49,068 bases of DNA from an uncultured Candidatus Peribacteria bacterium (GTDB taxonomy: Bacteria > Patescibacteriota > Gracilibacteria > BD1-5 > UBA2023), in NCBI GenBank assembly GCA_964518815.1, contig CAZFLS010000001.1:1-49068 (forward strand). The letters run 5' to 3'. Within the stretch, counting starts at the first letter, position 1; every line of letters starts with the position of its first letter. The notes below the pieces were generated by a model that saw only the letters and a list, made by a program, of their open reading frames with translations, was not told the origin of the DNA and did not search any database. This document shows, one piece after another, positions 43,215 through 49,068 of this stretch. The position numbers and the translations under genes are program-made.

Positions 43215-45350
43215 TTATCTAATTTCTCAAATTAGCTCTCATTTTTCATTTTTTATATTAGCTATTCAATCTTTTAATAATAAGATAATCATTTCAGACA
43301 TTTTTTCCTTTGAGATAGATTCAGTTTTAGATAAAAATCATTTTTTTCACTTTAATTCAAAATTTTCACCATTTACTCAAATTGATTCTATATAACTTCA
43401 AGCTGGATTAGAAATTTTAACAATATAATTATTGCTTCAAATAGTTAATTTTCATTCTAAATCAGTTTGATTAGAAATATAATTTATCTTTTTTCAATTT
43501 TCTAAGGCTATGGGAAATGTTGTTGCTTTTTCTATTGCTGTTTTTACTTTATCAAAATTTAATACTTCAGGATGGTTTTGTAAATCAGTTTTTGGTTGAT
43601 TAGTAGTCTTTTGTTCTTGTTCAAATTGTTGTTTTTCGGATTTTAAAGTATCAATATTAATTCCCGCTTTTTGTAATAAATTTTTTCTTTGATAGGAAAT
43701 AGTCTCAAATGTAACTGGATGAGTTAATGTATTAAGATAATCCCGAACTTTTTTTACACTAAATAGTTCAACATATGTTTGTAATATTCATAATATTTCA
43801 GATTGTTTAGATTCTTCTTTAATAGAATTTTTAACTTTTAAAATATATTGTCAGTTATCAAAATCAGTCAAAGTAATATTTTTTAATTTTCAAATAACAG
43901 GATTTATAACAAAACTAGAGTTTAGATCTATATACTTTTGATTACCTTTTACTCTATTCGCAAATTCTAATTTTTGTTGTTCTATTTTTGCTTGTTCTGT
44001 TTTCTGTGATTCTTCTTTGTTTTTTTTATCTACATCTGCTTGCTTCTGTTTTTCTAAATTTTCAATATTATTTAAGTCATTAAAAAAATTATCATTTGGT
44101 TTTTTATTAGAAAAATCAAAATGAATATCTTTTATTTCTGGAATTTGTATTTCTTTTACTACTTCAATTTCTTTTGCATCATCTTTTGGATCTTTTTCTT
44201 TAATTTTAAAGCTGGTTTTTTTATTTTCAAAAACATTTTTCCAAAAATTCTCATCATTTATATCGGCTCATTTGTCATTACAATACTTAAAAAATGGTTT
44301 TAGTTTTTCAGTATCAATTCAAGATAAATCTTTATCTTTTAAAATATCAATTTTTGAAGTACTATTTGGAATTAATGTTCAATTTTCTGAAATTTTAGCT
44401 CAAAAAGATTTTAGATTTTTTATAGATTTTCTTATATTAGCCTCAAAATTAATTCAAGTTATCATTTCATTTCAGGTTTTGTAGCCAAATATTTTTGCAA
44501 TAAAATCTCAAATAGGAGATCATAAAATCCAATCAAAAATTCCCTTTGCGAGTGGAAAAGTAAAAACAATATCTAAAATTTTTTCTTTAATTTCTCATCA
44601 AGCAGAAATTAAAGCAATTTTTTCATTTAAATTAGTAATATCTCATTTTAATCATTCTAAATATTTTGTTAATTCTTCTTGACTTAATGTTTGTATTTTT
44701 GAAATATCAATACCTTCTTTATATTCTGCTATGGCTTTTGGATTAGATAGAAATTTATCTAATCAAACAGGTTTTGGATTTTTATTTACCAAATCTATAA
44801 TTAATTTTAAATTATCATCAATTATACTATTAAGTATAGTATCACCTACTTCTCTTTTAAAATCTTCTCATTTTAAATTTAACATTTTTATTAATCAGCT
44901 TTCTTTATTTTTATCTTCTTCTGATCTTTTTTCCTCATCTCAAATTCATAAAAAAGATGTTATTTTACTAGTAATATCAATTTTATCTGAAAATCACGCA
45001 AATACTTTTTTCATATCTGGATTGTTAATAATCTTATCGACCGCAGCAACTTTGATATTGTTTTTTTGATCGGGAGTAACAGAAACATTTTTTAGTTTTT
45101 CATCTATATAACTATCTATATATTTTCTTACTTCTTGCAAAAATGGTATTTTTTCTCATTCAAAAATTGTATCCAGATTTGATTTTCAAGAATTTTTTTC
45201 TACTTCAGTTTTTAACTCTGCTGTCTGTTCTTGAGTTCAGTTTAAAACAGATCGTTTCTCTTCTACAGGCAAATTTGATTTTGGTTGTTCCACTGGTTTT
45301 GATTGTTCTGCTAATTTTGATCATGGATTAGCCGCTAATTTATCAGCCAT
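43215..45350 (-). CDS. 711-aa hypothetical protein
   Basis: ATG at 45350 to TAA at 43215-43217, 2136 nt in frame. Lys/Glu-rich, no motif recognised. Confidence 0.45.
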
Positions 45351-45424
45351 AAAATAAAACATTAAAAAAATATTATCAAAAATAAGATAACATATAATGC
45401 ATAAAAATGCAAAAAATGAGAACA

Positions 45425-45454
45425 AAAAGTAACAAGTTGCAACTTGTTACTTTT
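45425..45454 (-). terminator. perfect 14-bp hairpin terminator
   Basis: AAAAGTAACAAGTT-GC-AACTTGTTACTTTT. Overlaps the rlmD-like stop codon and has a T-rich tail on the minus strand. Confidence 0.6.
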
Positions 45455-46859
45455 AACTTACTACTTGTAACTTAACTATTGTCTCAATATGATGTGTATG
45501 TGGAAACATATCTACAGGAATAATATCTATAATTTTATAGTTTGAATTTTTTACAATAAAATCTAGGTCTCTTACTAGTGTTGCAGGATTACAGCTAACA
45601 TAAATTATAATTTTCGCTTGAAATTCTAAAATGTCTGGTAAGGATTTTTGATTAATTCAATCTCTTGGGGGATCAATAATTAAGACATCTGCTTGTTTTA
45701 TTTTTTTTATATAATCTTTCAAAAAATCTTCGGCACTTGTATTTATAAATTCAACATTTTTTACTCAATTTAAAATTGCATTTTTCTTACCATCTTCACT
45801 TGCTTCTTTTACAATTTCTACACTATATACTTTATCAAATCTGCTTGCAAGTAATATTCATATTGTTCCTGTTCAAGCATAAATATCCAATAAAACTCAG
45901 GTATTTTTTCAAACTAAATCCAAAACTTTTTTATATAATATTTCCGCTCAAAAGGAATTTGTCTGAAAAAAACTTTTTGGTCAAATTTCAAAATTATAAT
46001 TCAAAAGTTTTTCTGTAATTATTGGTTTTCAAAAAATTAAATTATAATCTCATTGTACAATATCTGCTTTTCACGGATTAAAAAGCAAATAAATTGATTT
46101 TATATTTTCATACTTTTTTTCTAATTCATTTATAAAATCTAGTATTTCTTTTTTAGCTTTTGGAGTAAATCAAGAATCAAGATTATTTACACTAAAAATA
46201 AGCATTATTTCCTGAGTATAAAATCATTTTCTTACAACTAAATGCCTCCAAAATCAAATTTGCGTTTTTTGATCATATGTAGACAAACCGGATTGCCTAG
46301 AAAATTTATCTACATCTTTAAATATGTCATTTATTTCATCTGAAGCAAGTACACAATAAGTACAATTTATTATTCTATCAAATTCTGCCTGTTTATGAAA
46401 TCAAAAACGAAAATTATCTCTTATATTTTCCTTATCTGAAATGTATTTTCACCAAGAAAATTCTACTTTATTTCTATATCAATAAATATTTTGTGAAGAA
46501 ATTATATTATGAAATTTTGTATTTATTACATAATCTTTAATGCTATTGAAAGATTCTATTATTTGTTTTTCTTTTATTTCAAGCTGTTTTTCATACAAAA
46601 TTGGTAACCATTTACATCATCCATAAACTTGAAAATGAGAAGGTAAGTTTTCTTCAAATGGAGATTTTTTAACTGTATCTAAAAGTTGTGTTTCAATATA
46701 ATTTGATTTTATTTTTATAACTCTCAAATTAACTATGCTTTCTGGAATTACTCATCAAGTAACAATAATAGTTTTGCCTGAATAACTTCTTGCAAGACCT
46801 TTTCATCAAAAAATTAATTTTTCAATAAAAATATTTTCTAATATATCTCATTTTTTCAT
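45453..46859 (-). CDS. 23S rRNA (uracil-C5)-methyltransferase RlmD/RumA family
   Basis: TRAM-like N-terminus. CKWLPILYEKQLEIK, GFHKQAEFDRIINCTYC, FFQTNS, LLDIYAGTGTIGILLA (motif I), LIIDPPRDG, IIYVSCNPATLVRD and PVDMFPHTHHIE. Confidence 0.85.
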
Positions 46860-47184
46860 ATGTAAAATTAATTAATTTTTAAATCCTATTTACTAAATCT
46901 TTTTTATATATAATTTTTATAGTTTAATTTTAATCAATAATCTTTTTATCATACAGATAGTAATATTATTTCTTCTTTTTCTTCGGTAAATCAATAAATA
47001 ATAGTTAGACTTAAAATTCTCACAATATATTTACCATAATTACTAATTTTTAATTTATAATTACTAATAAAATTTCAAATGTTTTAATGTCAAATTGGTT
47101 ATAGTAAAACAATACCTAGATATTGAATCATTAATTATTTCATTAGAAATTAGTAATTAGATATTAGAAATTTTACTTGTATTC

Positions 47185-47592
47185 TTAATCTCTAACATCA
47201 ACACCAAATACATAATATATCCATTTCTGCCAATTCGTCATACCAAATGTTTCTAATTCTTCTTTGTATGCGTCAAATTTTTGTACAGTATCTTCAAGTT
47301 TGCTATAAACATCAATTTCATCTTTAGAAACCAAAAATATTACTTCTTCTTCTGGATTTTTTTTATTTTGTGATAATTTTGCTATTTTATCTTTATAGGC
47401 AGCAGTATTTATGTATGCAAAATAATCTTTTTTTTCTTGTATATCTTTTTTACTTTTAGCTATCTCTAACTGATAATTAGTAATAATATAATCTTTTTCT
47501 ATATCCACATATTTAAAAGAAAAAATAAGATATAGTTCGTAAATAGCTACTAAAATTAAAATAAAAATTATGTATTGATAATGTTTTTTCAT
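47185..47592 (-). CDS. FtsB/DivIC-like membrane-anchored coiled-coil protein
   Basis: Intact ORF in the track. N-terminal TM helix IIFILILVAIYELYLIF, then a coiled coil, and ..YINTAAYKDKIAKLSQNKKNPEEEVIFLV, similar to the septum-formation-initiator C-terminal pattern. Confidence 0.4.
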   Translation of the reverse strand: MKKHYQYIIFILILVAIYELYLIFSFKYVDIEKDYIITNYQLEIAKSKKDIQEKKDYFAYINTAAYKDKIAKLSQNKKNPEEEVIFLVSKDEIDVYSKLEDTVQKFDAYKEELETFGMTNWQKWIYYVFGVDVRD

Positions 47593-47723
47593 AGAAATTT
47601 TAGAAAATTAATAAAACTATTTATTTTTATTAATTTTTAGTTAAAATAAGCATACTTTCATTTATGCTCAAATAGAATAATCAAAAAATCAAAAAATTCT
47701 AATCTTTTTATTTTTTTATAATT

Positions 47724-49068
47724 ATGTCAAAATTTTTTTTATTGATTTTTAATAATATTAAAAAATACAAGATAGTATATTTTATGTCATTATTAATATT
47801 TTTAATTATTTTTATAATTTTATTTGATATATCATGATGAAAAGGTTTTAATAATTTAATATTAGAAAATAAAACCATAGATCCTTATATTTTTGTTATA
47901 AAATGAAATGCTATAATAAAAAGGGATAAAATAATTAAACTTAAAATTAATGATAAATCAGATATTAAAACTTGAGATAGAATTAGAACTTTTTCTGGTT
48001 CTTATGCTACTATTTTTTGGCCAGATGAAAGTATTACTCGTTTATGAGAAAAAACTTCTATAACAATAAACAAATTAAGTGCAAAATCTGATTTATCTGC
48101 AACAAAAATTATATTCGATATAGAATGATGAAAAACGTGGTCTAATGTCATAAGATATTTAAATGAACAAGATTCATATTTTATTGAAACATATAAAAAC
48201 AAAAATATTGCAGCAACTGTAAGATGAACTGTATTTGAATTTAATGTCGATAAAAACTATATAAATGCTTTGGACCATACAGTTCAAATAGAAGATCAAT
48301 CTAATAAAAAAACATATAATATTTCATGATGAAAAGCTGTTTTAATATCCGATTTATCAAAATTAATTCAACAGCAATTATATGATAATGTTTGGATTAA
48401 TTTGAATAAAAATGAGGATATTGTATATATTTCTAAACTCATTGATAATTATAAAAAACAACTTAATTTTATACAAAAAAATGAAAACAAATTTCAAAAT
48501 GTAATAAAGATTATTCAAACTAAAATATGACTAAAGCCTAAAGAAAATATAAATGATTTATTGAAAGATATAATAGTAAACGGAAAAATTGAAAAAATTG
48601 GTAAGGTAGAAGAAGTTATTAAAAAAACTTATCCAGAAGATTCTATTAAATTAAATAAACTTTTACTTAATTTATACCAGAAAGTCAATTATTTTCCAAA
48701 TACTGAAAATAATATTATATTAAAAACTAAACTTAGAGATTCTATAATCAAAACAGCTCCTGAAAGTAAAAAAAATGCATATATTAAGGATTTTATAAAA
48801 ATAAATTTATTCGATTACTTAGAAGCTACAAATAACTGATTAACTGTAGGTAAACAGGAATTAAAAAATTATATTAATGATTATATTAAAATTATATGAG
48901 ATAAAAATATGATAAATGATATTTTACAAAATTTTAACACAACAGATTTATGACAAATTAAAGAAGATTTTTATGATTTAAGACAAAAAATAAATATTTT
49001 ATTAGAAAATCTGAAAGAAAATGATTATACAAAATGATTACAAGATCAAATAATAAACAATGTAAATA
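47724..49068 (+). CDS. FecR-domain membrane protein (3' end outside window)
   Basis: N-terminal TM helix, then TGDRIRTFSGSYATIFWPDESITRLGEKTSITI..IFDIEGGKTWSNV..IAATVRGTVFEFNV (FecR pattern). In frame with ORF-track 48561..48839 and still open at the window end. Confidence 0.6.

Noticed and set aside
1-49068. Reading TGA as Trp (table 4, Mycoplasma-like), since some contexts such as YPA-x-FLKIF look Trp-compatible
   Set aside because: At diagnostic conserved positions TGA aligns with Gly (DnaJ HPD..GGD and CxxCxGxG, Walker A GxxxxGKT, DUF5320 GRG repeats, recombinase DEGISG). TGG is separately used for Trp.

Overview
Very AT-rich bacterial DNA in which TGA is a sense codon. Conserved Gly positions are encoded by TGA in DnaJ (HPD..GGD, CxxCxGxG), SSB, a DUF5320 protein (GRGMGMGRGRG), a serine recombinase (DEGISG, GxxPFGY) and in Walker A loops. 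The window therefore has to be read with translation table 25 (Gracilibacteria/Absconditabacteria-type CPR bacterium). The supplied standard-code ORF track is fragmented almost everywhere, and I rebuilt gene models by hand with TGA=Gly.

Layout:
- 1-3.6 kb: an orphan gene plus a DUF5320-DUF134-DUF4405-thioredoxin/CcdA redox operon.
- About 3.6-20.8 kb: a composite integrated island ending at tRNA-Asn. It holds an intact large serine recombinase, a GNAT/P-loop fusion and a radical SAM/SPASM maturase with a 40-aa polycationic tri-Cys precursor (both TGA-free). It also holds three orphan genes, a type III R-M operon with Cas2-like, membrane and Cas4-like passengers, a GC-rich multi-helix element, a wHTH protein, a truncated Rep-like gene and a recombinase remnant that reads into the tRNA.
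- 20.9-27 kb: housekeeping genes (YceD-like, RNA methyltransferases, dnaJ, others).
- 27.2-45.4 kb: a one-strand block of giant lineage-specific membrane/secreted proteins. One has a pre-toxin-TG-like motif and one an SH3b-like segment. The block is interrupted by ssb and a decayed RelE-type TA pair.
- 45.4-49 kb: an rlmD-like methyltransferase, an FtsB-like protein and a partial FecR-domain protein.

Several genes look disrupted: res, the relE-like toxin, a 745+189 codon gene split by an in-frame TAA, the Rep-like gene and the recombinase remnant.

Limits: all translations and coordinates were derived by eye and manual indexing. Start and stop positions were checked for frame (lengths divisible by 3). 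Internal compensating frame errors in the long genes cannot be excluded, and no database search was possible.
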